Origin: a virus
Lineage: Duplodnaviria > Caudoviricetes
Direction: 5' to 3' (one strand)
DNA: 64,000 nt
Virus record (IMG/VR): IMGVR_UViG_3300020414_000008
Span: 32,001 to 96,000 of that record
Shown here one piece after another: positions 17,920 to 28,747 of the stretch. Under the pieces are notes generated by a model, which saw only the letters and a program-made list of their open reading frames with translations, was not told the origin of the DNA and ran no database searches. A program made the position numbers and the translations under genes. Positions within the stretch are counted from its first letter, which is position 1. Every line of letters begins with the position of its first letter.

Positions 17920-19947
17920 ATGAGAAACACCCATTCTAAATTCATAGATAAAATATTAAAAGAAATTTGGTCAGATATAGATACAAAAATGAACGATGGT
18001 ATCTATACCGAAGAGTTTCTTACGTCATTATACAACAAACTATCAGAATATGTTGATGAAGAATTTGCGAGAGAGTTCTTACGAGAGATTGAAACTACAT
18101 CAGGTGAAGAAAAACCTGAAACAGGTGATGAGAAAGAACTTGATAGTGACGAAAAGTATGATATGATGACTCAAGCAGAGAGAGATAAACTTAAACAATC
18201 AAAAGAAACAGATGATGAATTAGCCAAATCAACAAACGAAGGGTTTATCAATGAAGCAGGGTTTACATACACTGAACTAACAAAATCAGGTGGTAAATAT
18301 CAACCACCATTTTTAGCACATATACAGAATGGAAAAGAATTTGATTTAGATGGTGACTATGAAGGTGAAAAAGATGTCTTAGTAAAAAACAATTTAGATT
18401 TAACAGGATTTGGTGATAAATCGTTATTACAAATACTAAGTGGTGGGACTAAAGAAGAGGCGAAAGAATTTTTCAAATCAAACTCAGAACCGATACTTGT
18501 TGGTAAAAGTGGTAGAAAGTATTCTTTAAATCAGATATCAAAATCTACATTTACAGGTCAAGGTGGTGGAACTAAACCAACTGACGCCGCATATTATGAA
18601 ATGGGTATTTCGGTAGAGTACAATAAACTAAAAGGAATGAACACAAAAACTGCAAAAGAAAAAGCAGAAGTTGATTTCAAAAAATATAGTAAATACGAAA
18701 GTTATTTAACAGAAGTTTGTGGTAAAGTTGCAAAAAACTTACCTGATGTTGGACCATATCTAAGACAAACAGGTGGTGATAGATTTTCTCCATCTAAAGA
18801 ATGGCCTTCATCTGATGGAACTCCAAAAACAGATATATTTGGTGGGTCAAACAACAGAATCAGTGTAAAGAAAGTTGGTGGTTCACAATTAGTAAGTGGT
18901 AAAGGTGGTGACGCCAAAGGTGTATTTAAAGGTGGTTTGTCTTTCTATGACAAATATGATTCAAAAGATGGTCAGTCACATATAAAGTATGTAATTGATA
19001 ATATAGAAAAAGATTTTAAAACATACAACTCAGATAATCAAGTTGGTGATATCAGAAAACAAGCAGGTGAGGCATTTGTAAAGTGGAGAGTTTCACAAAT
19101 AAAATCAAAAGCAAAACCATCTGATATAGAAAAACACGCAAAAGCAGAAGCGATTGGTGCAGGTATTATTGGAGCAAGAGGTAAATGGAATACATGGTTC
19201 GTTGATGATGTAAAACCATTGGATGACAAAGCAGTACTAAAATGGTTTAGTGGATATTGGAAATCATTGGGTAATGAAGTATTACAAGGTGAGATGAAGA
19301 ATGTAATCGAGATGGCAATTGACCATAAAAGAATTGACGCAAACTTCAAACAAGCATTCCAAAATGATAGTTTCAAAAAATGGTGTGTATATGAAGCATC
19401 TGCAGGAACATATAAATTTACAGGTGTCGCGGATACAGCAGCATCAAATGACGCAGTCGCAAATAAAATATTAGTATTCGGTGAGGATGGTAAAGTAAAA
19501 GTCAAAGAAATAACACCATCATGGGCGAGCGGGTACGCATCAAATGTTACTCCTATCGTAGCATTCAAATCTTCAGGTCGTTCTAAATTTACGGCGTTTA
19601 GATTAATGCAAGAAGGATATAATCCTTACAAATCAGGATTTGAAAATGATTTGAATACAATCATAAAAGAAGAAACAGGTAAAATAGACACCTTAATAAC
19701 TGAATCAGTAGAACAAATGGATTTACTCCTAAATGAAATCAGTGTAAAGGGTATTTTAAAAAGTATTGGTAGAATAGCAAAAAAATTATTGAAAAAGATA
19801 ACAGACTCTATCAAAAACTTTTATGAAAGAGTTATTAAGAAAGTTTTAAAGAAGTTGAGAGAGTTTGCAAAATCAGGTATCGAAAAATTCTGTGATTATT
19901 TAGGAATAGAGATTAACGGGTCAGCAAATGTAGTAATCAACTTTTAA
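17920..19947 (+). CDS. Large hypothetical protein, possibly with a restriction-endonuclease-like (PD-D/ExK) domain
   Basis: PKTD...RISVK motif; TATTTATT at 17909; several I/L-x-E sites. Confidence 0.5.
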   Translation: MRNTHSKFIDKILKEIWSDIDTKMNDGIYTEEFLTSLYNKLSEYVDEEFAREFLREIETTSGEEKPETGDEKELDSDEKYDMMTQAERDKLKQSKETDDELAKSTNEGFINEAGFTYTELTKSGGKYQPPFLAHIQNGKEFDLDGDYEGEKDVLVKNNLDLTGFGDKSLLQILSGGTKEEAKEFFKSNSEPILVGKSGRKYSLNQISKSTFTGQGGGTKPTDAAYYEMGISVEYNKLKGMNTKTAKEKAEVDFKKYSKYESYLTEVCGKVAKNLPDVGPYLRQTGGDRFSPSKEWPSSDGTPKTDIFGGSNNRISVKKVGGSQLVSGKGGDAKGVFKGGLSFYDKYDSKDGQSHIKYVIDNIEKDFKTYNSDNQVGDIRKQAGEAFVKWRVSQIKSKAKPSDIEKHAKAEAIGAGIIGARGKWNTWFVDDVKPLDDKAVLKWFSGYWKSLGNEVLQGEMKNVIEMAIDHKRIDANFKQAFQNDSFKKWCVYEASAGTYKFTGVADTAASNDAVANKILVFGEDGKVKVKEITPSWASGYASNVTPIVAFKSSGRSKFTAFRLMQEGYNPYKSGFENDLNTIIKEETGKIDTLITESVEQMDLLLNEISVKGILKSIGRIAKKLLKKITDSIKNFYERVIKKVLKKLREFAKSGIEKFCDYLGIEINGSANVVINF

Positions 19948-19960
19948 TTGGAGAGAATGA

Positions 19961-20350
19961 GTGAGAACGCAATTATTATGTACATTTACTAATGAATTTG
20001 AGTTTGAGAACATTCTTGAATCAGTTAATAATTCATTTGAACTATACAGTAGAAAAATATTTATATTAAAATTAAGTCCATCAAAAGAATTAGTTGTGAG
20101 TTACAATATTATACCAAATCCAAACAACAAGTTTTTACCTAATACGATATTAACCCATCGTAAAAAGGAATCAAACACGTTGTACACGATAAACGCACTA
20201 AACAGGTTGATTGCAGACTTGAACGGTGGTGTTGTCGATAAAAGTTATATGGTAAATTGGGAAGATTATAGAAACTCTATGATTTTAACAGACGCAGATG
20301 GATATAAAATATTAAAGACAAGTTTATTTAGAATAGTTAACGTAAACTAA
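19961..20350 (+). CDS. Hypothetical protein
   Basis: GTG start with GGAGA upstream; intact ORF. Confidence 0.75.
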   Translation: MRTQLLCTFTNEFEFENILESVNNSFELYSRKIFILKLSPSKELVVSYNIIPNPNNKFLPNTILTHRKKESNTLYTINALNRLIADLNGGVVDKSYMVNWEDYRNSMILTDADGYKILKTSLFRIVNVN

Positions 20351-20356
20351 CAAGTT

Positions 20357-21178
20357 ATGAATGAAAATTCTGAGAATGTAGAGTGGAAACACGTCTACAC
20401 TATTAAGGAAATGACCCCTATTCAGGGATTAGAAAAAGGTCTAACTAACTTCACACCAAGACCCGTTGGTGGAAGAGGTAGTGATTTCAACGACCCAAAA
20501 TTAGTAAATCCAAAAAAATATAGTTTAAGATACAACCCACCAAAAGATTGGCAGGGTATTAAGTACAACAATCATTGGTTTGGTTTAGTTCACTTATTAG
20601 AACAAACCCATCATCATTTCAATATACAAGATTTTTTCCAAAAAGGAGCAGGTCCATATGAATACCAACGGAAATTACCAAGACGTAGAAGAGCATTAGA
20701 AATAGGTTCATATATGGGTGAATCAGCAAGAATGATGATGGCATCGGGTATATTTGATGAATTACATATTATTGACCCATGGATTGGTGATGAAGAAGCA
20801 AATACGGCGTTTGATGAAACTTGGGATAGTGTAAAACACAAGTGTAAACAGAACATCTCACAATTCGGTGATAAAATTTTTATATACGAAGGATTTAGTC
20901 ATGAGGTATATGGTCAATTTATCGATAACAGTTTTGATTTTGTTTACATAGACGCAGCACATGATTATGAATCTGTTAAAAAAGATATAATACTATATAA
21001 TCGTAAATTAAAACACGGTGGAATTATGGCAGGTAACGATTACTACAACACTTCAGGTCATCACAAAGGAGTTGGTAAGGCAGTAGATGAGATGTGGGGT
21101 AAAAAAAATGTAGAGAGGTTCATAGACAGTAGTTGGTGGACTGTAAAACCAAGACTAAAACACACCACTCCAAAATAG
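20357..21178 (+). CDS. Class I SAM-dependent methyltransferase (Methyltransf_24-like)
   Basis: LEIGSYMGES; FDFVYIDAAHDYESV; KLKHGGIMAGNDY. Confidence 0.85.
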   Translation: MNENSENVEWKHVYTIKEMTPIQGLEKGLTNFTPRPVGGRGSDFNDPKLVNPKKYSLRYNPPKDWQGIKYNNHWFGLVHLLEQTHHHFNIQDFFQKGAGPYEYQRKLPRRRRALEIGSYMGESARMMMASGIFDELHIIDPWIGDEEANTAFDETWDSVKHKCKQNISQFGDKIFIYEGFSHEVYGQFIDNSFDFVYIDAAHDYESVKKDIILYNRKLKHGGIMAGNDYYNTSGHHKGVGKAVDEMWGKKNVERFIDSSWWTVKPRLKHTTPK

Positions 21179-21198
21179 GTTTTTTAATTATATTTTGC

Positions 21199-21277
21199 TA
21201 TTTATATAAGTAGAATTGAAAGATTTAAAAAAAAATGAAAAAACATTTGGAATTGTCAACCAAATGTTGTATATTAG
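21199..21277 (+). promoter_or_regulatory. Tandem late-type and host-type promoters for the SSB operon
   Basis: TATTTATA(21199); TTTG(21246)-N20-TATATTAG(21270). Confidence 0.65.
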
Positions 21278-21316
21278 TGACAGTTTAACAATTAATAATA
21301 AATAAAAAGGTAAATT

Positions 21317-22078
21317 ATGGCAATTGATTTAGATGCAATTAGAAACCGTTTGAACTCGCTTCAAACAAAAGTTACAAAAACCGATAATCTGTGGAAACCA
21401 CAGCCAGGTAAACAACAAGTAAGGATTCTCCCTTACGTTCACAATCCCTCTAACCCGTTCATTGAACTTTATTTCCATTTTGGATTTGGTGGTAAGAACA
21501 TTATCTCTCCAAGTTCACATGGTGAAGCAGACCCTCTATTAGAGTTTGCAGAAAAACTAAGGTCAACAGGGAACAGAGACGACTATCAACTTTCAAGAAA
21601 ACTTACTCCAAAGATGAGAACTTACGTTCCTGTCTTAGTAAGAGGTGAGGAATCAGAAGGTGTTAAGTTTTGGGGATTCGGTAAGAATGTATACCAAGAA
21701 CTTCTTGGATTCTTCGCTGACCCTGATTATGGTGATTTAACTGACCCTGTAAATGGTAGAGATATCACTGTTGAATTCAAAACAGCAGCAGAGTTAGGAA
21801 AAACTTATCCTGAAACTTACATCAGAGTAAAACCTAATACAACTCCTATCTCAGAAGATAAGAATGTATTAGAAACTGCTAAAGACCAAATTGAACTTCC
21901 TTCATTATTCAAAAAAGTTTCTTATGAGGAAATGGAAGGAATGTTGAAAGAATGGTTAGATACAGGTGAAGTTACTGATAAGAAACAAGAACCTAAAGTA
22001 GAAGTTACTGAGAAAACTGAAGCAACCTCTCCTGCGAGTAATGTAAAAGAGGCATTTGACGACTTATTTAACGACTAA
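21317..22078 (+). CDS. Single-stranded DNA-binding protein (gp32-like)
   Basis: WKPQPG..VRILP, GVKFWGFGK, GRDITV motifs; acidic tail ending AFDDLFND. Confidence 0.8.
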   Translation: MAIDLDAIRNRLNSLQTKVTKTDNLWKPQPGKQQVRILPYVHNPSNPFIELYFHFGFGGKNIISPSSHGEADPLLEFAEKLRSTGNRDDYQLSRKLTPKMRTYVPVLVRGEESEGVKFWGFGKNVYQELLGFFADPDYGDLTDPVNGRDITVEFKTAAELGKTYPETYIRVKPNTTPISEDKNVLETAKDQIELPSLFKKVSYEEMEGMLKEWLDTGEVTDKKQEPKVEVTEKTEATSPASNVKEAFDDLFND

Positions 22079-22080
22079 AT

Positions 22081-23208
22081 ATGGCAAAGAAAAAGAATGT
22101 TCGTGATGAACTATCTTCAATCTTGGCTGACAACCTGAACAAAAAGTTTAAATCCAACCACAAAGTTGCATACTTTTTAGATGGGGATGAACAGACACCC
22201 ACCGACCTTGACGGGTGGGTGTCCTCAGGTTCTCCGATGTTAGACCTTGCGATTTCAAACAGACCAAATGGTGGATTACCTGTTGGTAGAATTACTGAAA
22301 TTACAGGATTAGAAGGAAGTGGTAAATCTTTATTAGCAGCACATGCAATAGCAGACACTCAAAAACAAGGTGGTCTTGGTGTTTACATAGATACTGAGAA
22401 CGCATGTAATATGGAGTTTTTAGAAGCGATTGGTGTTGATATTAAAACGATGTTATACGTCCCTCTTGAAACAGTTGAAGATATTTTCGAAGCCATTGAT
22501 TCTATTATAGAGTCGGTGAGGTCTTCAGACAAAAAGAAATTAGTTACGATAGTTGTAGATTCAGTCGCAGGGGCGTCAACTAAAGTAGAAATCTCAGCAG
22601 ACTATGACCAAGCAGGTTACGCAACTCAAAAAGCAATCATTATATCGAAAGCAATGAGGAAGGTAACTAACTTGATTGGTAGAGAGAGAATTTCTTTAAT
22701 TTTTACAAACCAACTAAGAACAAGATTAGGTGTTTCATTCGGTGACCCTTGGACTACAAGTGGTGGTAAAGCAATCGCATTCCACTCGTCTTGTAGAATT
22801 AGGTTAAAATCAATGGGACAACTTAAATCTAAAATAGGTGGAGTAGACCAAGTAGTTGGTATCAAAACAAGAGCACAAGTGATAAAGAACAGAATGGGTC
22901 CACCATTACGTTCAGTTGATTTTGATATCTACTTTGATAGTGGTATCGACAATTATGGTTCATGGTTACAAATGATGAAAACATATAAGTTGGTAACTCA
23001 AAGTGGTGCGTGGTATACCTATGTAGATAAAGAAACAGGTGAGGAACTAAAGTTCCAAGCAAAAACTTGGGATGACTTATTAGATAGTAGACCTGAGTTG
23101 AAAGATAGTATCTACAATGAAATTTGTAATTCATATATTATGGCTTACAAAGAATCGAGTGCAGAAGCAAATATTGATAACGTTGAAGTAACAAGTTTTG
23201 ATGAATAA
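22081..23208 (+). CDS. recA: RecA/UvsX recombinase
   Basis: GLEGSGKS Walker A; YIDTE; IVVDSVA; FTNQLR; TSGGKAIAF; IKNRMGPP. Confidence 0.95.
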   Translation: MAKKKNVRDELSSILADNLNKKFKSNHKVAYFLDGDEQTPTDLDGWVSSGSPMLDLAISNRPNGGLPVGRITEITGLEGSGKSLLAAHAIADTQKQGGLGVYIDTENACNMEFLEAIGVDIKTMLYVPLETVEDIFEAIDSIIESVRSSDKKKLVTIVVDSVAGASTKVEISADYDQAGYATQKAIIISKAMRKVTNLIGRERISLIFTNQLRTRLGVSFGDPWTTSGGKAIAFHSSCRIRLKSMGQLKSKIGGVDQVVGIKTRAQVIKNRMGPPLRSVDFDIYFDSGIDNYGSWLQMMKTYKLVTQSGAWYTYVDKETGEELKFQAKTWDDLLDSRPELKDSIYNEICNSYIMAYKESSAEANIDNVEVTSFDE

Positions 23209-24253
23209 CAGATATAAGGAACTCCTTAAACAAGTAAGTATAGAACATAACGAAGTAAAAGATGAATCTTTAAACGACAGAGTTTTGATACTCGATGGAC
23301 TCAATCAGTTCATTAGATGTTTTGGAGCAGTTCCTGCACTCAATGATGACGGTGAACATTGTGGTGGTGTGACAGGTTTTCTCCTGTCCACTGCCTCAAT
23401 AATCCGTACATTAAAACCCACTCGTGTTGTCGTGGTATTTGACGGTAAGGGTGGTTCAAATAGAAGAAAACAATTACACAAGGGATATAAAGAAGGTAGA
23501 AAGGGTTTAACCAAACTAAATAGATTAGCAGGATACGAAGACTTAGAAGACCAAGAAGTGTCGATGAGAAAACAATTTAGTAGACTGATTGAATATTTAC
23601 AAATCCTACCTTTATCACTAACATATATAGATTATGTTGAAGCAGACGATATAATCGCATATCTTTCTAATCATTATTTCAAGAATGAAGTTACAATCTG
23701 TTCGTCAGATAAGGATTTCTTACAATTAGTAAATGATAGAGTTTCTGTCTACGCACTTACTAAGAAAAAACTATATACTCCTGAAATGGTGAAAGAAGAA
23801 TATGGAGTCACTCCTCAAAATCTAATATTTTACAGATGTTTGATGGGTGATAAATCAGATAATATAGGTGGTGTAAATGGTGTTGGACTAAAAACTATTC
23901 AGAATAAAATGACCTTTTTAGGTAAAAATGAACTTTCTTTAGACACATTCATTGAGAAATGTTCTTCAGAGTGTGATGATAAGTTGTCACAAAAACTTAT
24001 TGAAAATGTTGATACTATAAAACTAAATCATAAGTTAATGCAACTACATGACCCTGAAATATCTTCTTCTATAAAATCAAACGTAAGAGAAATCATGGAT
24101 TCCGAAGGAAATAGATTGGATATGATAGAGTTTAAAAAAATGTTTATGTATGATAAGTTATATACAGCATTTGCAAATGTCGACTCTTGGTTACGAAACT
24201 CTTTTACTTCTTTGGAAACAAATCTAAAAAATAATTTTGATATTAAGAAATAA
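23201..24253 (+). CDS. 5'-3' exonuclease/flap endonuclease (T4 RNase H-like)
   Basis: ILDGLN; VFDG; VEADDIIA; SSDKDFLQL; LMGDKSDNIGGV. Confidence 0.9.
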   Translation: MNNRYKELLKQVSIEHNEVKDESLNDRVLILDGLNQFIRCFGAVPALNDDGEHCGGVTGFLLSTASIIRTLKPTRVVVVFDGKGGSNRRKQLHKGYKEGRKGLTKLNRLAGYEDLEDQEVSMRKQFSRLIEYLQILPLSLTYIDYVEADDIIAYLSNHYFKNEVTICSSDKDFLQLVNDRVSVYALTKKKLYTPEMVKEEYGVTPQNLIFYRCLMGDKSDNIGGVNGVGLKTIQNKMTFLGKNELSLDTFIEKCSSECDDKLSQKLIENVDTIKLNHKLMQLHDPEISSSIKSNVREIMDSEGNRLDMIEFKKMFMYDKLYTAFANVDSWLRNSFTSLETNLKNNFDIKK

Positions 24254-24266
24254 TTTCGTATATTAT
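24236..24266 (+). promoter_or_regulatory. Host-type promoter
   Basis: TTTG(24236)-N19-TATATTAT(24259). Confidence 0.5.
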
Positions 24267-24271
24267 AGTCT

Positions 24272-25630
24272 ATGGAAAAATTAGGGTCAAGGTTTAGTAC
24301 ATCATTTCAGAATAAAGTAATATCGGCAATATTATCAGACAGGTCTTTCACAAGACAAATATATGATATTATCAAACCCGAGTATTTTGATTCTGAAGCA
24401 GCAGAGTGGTTAGTTAGAACCATTCTAAATTATATGAATGAGTTTGAGAAAATGCCTACTTTGGATGTTCTCAAGGTCAAAATCAATTCTATTGAAAGAG
24501 ATGTATTACAAACTTCAGTAATTGATACCCTAAAGTTCGCATGGAACCACTTAGAGAGTGAAGATTTAGAATTCGTAAAAGAACAAGTTCTTGACTTTTG
24601 TAAAAATCAATCTATCAAGAACGCAATCTTAGATTCAGTACCTTTATTAGAAAGTGGTAAGTATGACATGATAAAAAAGAACATTGATACTGCAATGAAA
24701 GCAGGTCAAGATTCTGACATTGGTCATGAATACAAATCCATGATAACTGAAAGATACGAAGATACTGTTAGAAACGTTGTTTCAACAGGATGGCAAGTTA
24801 TTGATGAGATTACACAAGGTGGTTTTGGGAAGGGTGAATTAATTTTATTCGCAGCACCGCCAGGTATTGGTAAATCGTGGTCGTTAGTAAACATTGGAGT
24901 AAATGCAATGAAAAAGGGTAAAACTGTCGCACATTATACCCTTGAATTAAACGAAGGTTATGTTGGTCAGAGATATGATGCTGTATTAAGTGGAGTTGCA
25001 GTTGCAAATCTAAAATACAATATGGAAGACGTGACCAAAGCAGTTAAATCTGTATCAGGTGATTTAGTTGTAAAACACTATCCAACCAAAACCGCCAGTG
25101 TAACTTCTCTAAAAGCACATATGGACAAAATGATACTACAGAATAAAAAACCTGATGTAGTAATAGTTGACTATGCAGATTTGTTGAGAGGTCCTAACAA
25201 AGAAAAAAGACACGAAGAGTTAGAAGAAATTATCGAAGACCTTCGTGGTATGGCAGGTGAGTATGAAGTCCCTGTTTATACAGCATCACAAATTAATAGA
25301 AGTGGTGCAGAAGATGACATAATTACAGGTACTAAGATTGCAGGTTCATTTTCAAAGATGATGACAGCAGACTTTGTTGTATCACTTTCTCGTAAAATAG
25401 AAGATAAACTCGCAGGTACAGGTAGGTGGCATGTTATCAAAAACAGATTTGGTCCCGATGGTATGACATTTCCATCGAAAGCTAATTTTTCCACGGGACA
25501 GATTCACATTTACAACGATGATTCCATTGATGGTAGAAAGACTACAAGTCAGATGAAACAGGGGGAGAGTTTAGTAAGAAAAGAATTAGCGCAAAAATAT
25601 AAGGAAATGTCGGGTGATATTGATTTTTAA
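24272..25630 (+). CDS. Replicative DnaB-like helicase (gp41-like)
   Basis: APPGIGKS; YTLE; IVDYADL; TASQINR; IKNRFGPDG. Confidence 0.92.
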   Translation: MEKLGSRFSTSFQNKVISAILSDRSFTRQIYDIIKPEYFDSEAAEWLVRTILNYMNEFEKMPTLDVLKVKINSIERDVLQTSVIDTLKFAWNHLESEDLEFVKEQVLDFCKNQSIKNAILDSVPLLESGKYDMIKKNIDTAMKAGQDSDIGHEYKSMITERYEDTVRNVVSTGWQVIDEITQGGFGKGELILFAAPPGIGKSWSLVNIGVNAMKKGKTVAHYTLELNEGYVGQRYDAVLSGVAVANLKYNMEDVTKAVKSVSGDLVVKHYPTKTASVTSLKAHMDKMILQNKKPDVVIVDYADLLRGPNKEKRHEELEEIIEDLRGMAGEYEVPVYTASQINRSGAEDDIITGTKIAGSFSKMMTADFVVSLSRKIEDKLAGTGRWHVIKNRFGPDGMTFPSKANFSTGQIHIYNDDSIDGRKTTSQMKQGESLVRKELAQKYKEMSGDIDF

Positions 25631-25690
25631 TCATATATATTATCACCGACTAAAACATTTGTATAACTAAAAAATTAAGTTTTAATAATT

Positions 25691-26686
25691 ATGGGATTAT
25701 TTGACAATCGTATACCGTTCAAACCATTTGAATATCCCGAATACTATACAGAAGGTTGGTTAAAACAAGCACAAGCATTTTGGTTACATACTGAAATCCC
25801 AATGCAAGGTGACATCAAAGATTGGAATGAAAATTTGTCAGTCGAAGAGAAACACTTAGTTGGTAATATTCTGCTTGGATTTGCTCAAACTGAATGTGCA
25901 GTATCGGATTATTGGACAACCATGGTAACAAATTGGTTTCCAAAACATGAGATAAAACAAATGGCAATGATGTTTGGTTCACAAGAGACCATTCACGCAA
26001 CTGCATATTCATATCTTAACGAATCATTAGGTTTAGAAGATTTTGAAGCATTTTTACATGAACCTGCAACTGCCGATAGATTTGAAGCATTAGCAGAAGT
26101 ATCATCAAATTATACATACGAAGACTTAAAGAATAATCCTAAAGCAAGACAAGAAGTAGCAAGGTCACTCGCTATCTTTAGTGCATTCGCAGAAGGAGTG
26201 GCACTTTATTCTTCTTTCGCAGTACTTTATTCATTCCAAATGAGGAATAGACTTAAAGGTATTGGACAACAAATGAAATGGAGTGTAAGAGACGAATCTT
26301 TACATTCTAAAATGGGTATCCAACTATTCAGACATATGTGTCAGGAATATCCTGAACTAATAGAAGACGCAAAACCTGTAATTAGAGAGGCAGCGGAAAC
26401 CATGTTAGAGTTGGAACTAAAATTTATTGATAAAATGTTTGAAAAAGGTGATTTAGAAAATCTGAAAAAAGAAGACCTAAAAAACTTTATCAAAAGAAGA
26501 ATCAATGAAAAATACAAAGAGTTAGGTTATTCAGAATCTATAACTTCCTATGATGAAGAATCAGCATCGGAATTAGATTGGTTCTACCACTTAACAGGTG
26601 GACAAACACATACGGACTTCTTCGCTATCAGACCTACTGACTACAGTAAAGCAAATGAGGGTGAAGATTGGGACGACATATTTTAA
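25691..26686 (+). CDS. nrdB: Ribonucleotide reductase class I beta subunit
   Basis: FWLHTEI; ETIHATAY; AEGVALYSSF; RDESLH; TDFF. Confidence 0.95.
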   Translation: MGLFDNRIPFKPFEYPEYYTEGWLKQAQAFWLHTEIPMQGDIKDWNENLSVEEKHLVGNILLGFAQTECAVSDYWTTMVTNWFPKHEIKQMAMMFGSQETIHATAYSYLNESLGLEDFEAFLHEPATADRFEALAEVSSNYTYEDLKNNPKARQEVARSLAIFSAFAEGVALYSSFAVLYSFQMRNRLKGIGQQMKWSVRDESLHSKMGIQLFRHMCQEYPELIEDAKPVIREAAETMLELELKFIDKMFEKGDLENLKKEDLKNFIKRRINEKYKELGYSESITSYDEESASELDWFYHLTGGQTHTDFFAIRPTDYSKANEGEDWDDIF

Positions 26687-26698
26687 GAAAAATCAGTT

Positions 26699-28483
26699 AT
26701 GAAAAATCACGCAGAAAATTTAGGTTGGGAAGTTGGTGTTGATTTTCCTGTTTGGGCAAACACGGAAATCTATGTAAAGACGATATCAAAAGGTTACTTA
26801 CTTCCTGACGAAAAACCAAAAGACGCATATTGGAGAGTATCTACAGCAGTCGCAAGAAGACTGAACAAACCACAACTTGCTTCAAAGTTTTTTGATTATA
26901 TATGGAAAGGTTGGTTAAATCTCGCGTCACCTGTATTATCCAATACGGGAACGGACAGAGGTCTACCAATCAGTTGTTTTGGTATCGATGTAGGAGATTC
27001 AATCCAAGAAATCGGTCACAAAAACTTAGAGATGATGTTACTTGCTAAACACGGTGGTGGAGTAGGTATCGGAGTAAATATGATTAGACCAGCAGGTTCT
27101 AATATTACACAAAACGGAACATCAGATGGTGTTGTACCATTTTGTAAAATTTATGATTCTACAATCCTTGCTACAAACCAAGGTGCAGTTAGAAGAGGAG
27201 CAGCATCTGTAAACTTAAACATCGAACACGATGATTTTGATGAGTGGATTGAAATCAGAGAACCAAAAGGTGATGTAAACAGACAATGTATGAACTTACA
27301 TCAATGTGTTGTTGTTGGTAATAAGTTTATGAGAAAATTAGAAGATGGTGAATCTGAAGCAAGAAGAAGATGGGGTAAGTTACTTCAGAAGAGAAAAGCA
27401 ACAGGTGAACCGTATATCATGTTTAAAGGTAACGTAAACAACGCAAACCCACCAATGTATAAAGATAATGGATTGAAAGTTTTTATGACTAATATCTGTT
27501 CTGAAATCGTATTACATACAGACGAAAATCACTCATTTGTTTGTTGTCTGTCTTCACTTAACTTAGCAAAGTATGATGAGTGGAAAGATACTGATTTAAT
27601 TTATACAGCAACTTGGTTCTTGGATGGAGTTCTTTCAGAGTTCATTCAAAAAGCAAAGAACATGAGAGGATTTGAGAATTCAGTTCGTTCAGCAGAAAAA
27701 GGTAGAGCATTAGGATTAGGTGTTCTTGGATGGCATACTTACTTACAAAGAAAAGGTATTTCGTTTGAAGGACTACCTTCTCAATTTGAAACTCGTAAAA
27801 TCTTTTCTCAAATCAAGATTGAATCAGAAAGAGCAAGTAGAGATATGGCAACTGAGTTAGGTGAACCGTTGTGGTGTAAAGATAGTGGGTTTAGAAATAC
27901 TCACTTAAGAGCAATCGCACCAACTGTTTCTAATTCTAAGTTAAGTGGTAATGTGTCAGCAGGTATTGAACCATGGCCATCAAATGTATTTACGGAACAA
28001 ACTGCAAAAGGTACGTTTATCCGTAAGAATCTTGAATTAGAAAAAGTTCTTAGAAAAGTTGGTATCAACAAAAAATCAACTTGGGACAAAATCTTAGAAG
28101 ATGGTGGTTCAGTTCAAGACATAAAAGAATTAGATGATTGGGGATATGTAGATGGAAAACTCCTAAAAAGAGAAGACATTCCTCAAGAGGCATTTGATAA
28201 AGAACAAGTTTTTTGGGTAAAAGACGTATTTAAGACCTTCAAAGAAATTAATCAGTTAGAATTAATCAGACAAGCAGGTGTTAGACAACAATATATTGAC
28301 CAATCAGTTTCGTTGAATCTGGCGTTCCCATCTGAAGCAACTCCTAAATGGATTAATCAAGTTACTTTAGAAGCGTGGAAACAAGGAATTAAAACTTTAT
28401 ATTATATGAGAACAGAGTCCGTCCTTCGTGGTGATATCGCAGCACGAGCATTGGACCCTGATTGTGTATCCTGTGATGGTTAA
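26699..28483 (+). CDS. nrdA: Ribonucleotide reductase class I alpha subunit, no ATP-cone
   Basis: PISCF; TNICSEI; VCCLSSLN; AIAPT; IDQSVSLN; KTLYY; C-terminal CVSCDG. Confidence 0.95.
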   Translation: MKNHAENLGWEVGVDFPVWANTEIYVKTISKGYLLPDEKPKDAYWRVSTAVARRLNKPQLASKFFDYIWKGWLNLASPVLSNTGTDRGLPISCFGIDVGDSIQEIGHKNLEMMLLAKHGGGVGIGVNMIRPAGSNITQNGTSDGVVPFCKIYDSTILATNQGAVRRGAASVNLNIEHDDFDEWIEIREPKGDVNRQCMNLHQCVVVGNKFMRKLEDGESEARRRWGKLLQKRKATGEPYIMFKGNVNNANPPMYKDNGLKVFMTNICSEIVLHTDENHSFVCCLSSLNLAKYDEWKDTDLIYTATWFLDGVLSEFIQKAKNMRGFENSVRSAEKGRALGLGVLGWHTYLQRKGISFEGLPSQFETRKIFSQIKIESERASRDMATELGEPLWCKDSGFRNTHLRAIAPTVSNSKLSGNVSAGIEPWPSNVFTEQTAKGTFIRKNLELEKVLRKVGINKKSTWDKILEDGGSVQDIKELDDWGYVDGKLLKREDIPQEAFDKEQVFWVKDVFKTFKEINQLELIRQAGVRQQYIDQSVSLNLAFPSEATPKWINQVTLEAWKQGIKTLYYMRTESVLRGDIAARALDPDCVSCDG

Positions 28484-28497
28484 ATGAAGGTAAGAAA

Positions 28498-28734
28498 ATG
28501 AAAGAATATTTGTATTTTTCAGCAGCGTGGTGTCAACCATGTAAAACGTTGAGTCCTGTAATGGAACAAGTCGGTAATACGATTCCCGTAAAAAAAATAA
28601 ATGTGGATGAACAATCCGACTTAGCACAGAGATACGGTATAAGGAGTGTTCCAACTGTAGTTTTGTTAGAGAATCAAATCGAAGTAAAAAGAATTATCGG
28701 TGTAAAACCAATGAACGAGTACTTATCGATATAA
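28498..28734 (+). CDS. Thioredoxin
   Basis: WCQPC; IRSVPT; adjacent to the RNR genes. Confidence 0.92.
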   Translation: MKEYLYFSAAWCQPCKTLSPVMEQVGNTIPVKKINVDEQSDLAQRYGIRSVPTVVLLENQIEVKRIIGVKPMNEYLSI

Positions 28735-28747
28735 AATTAAAAAAGTT

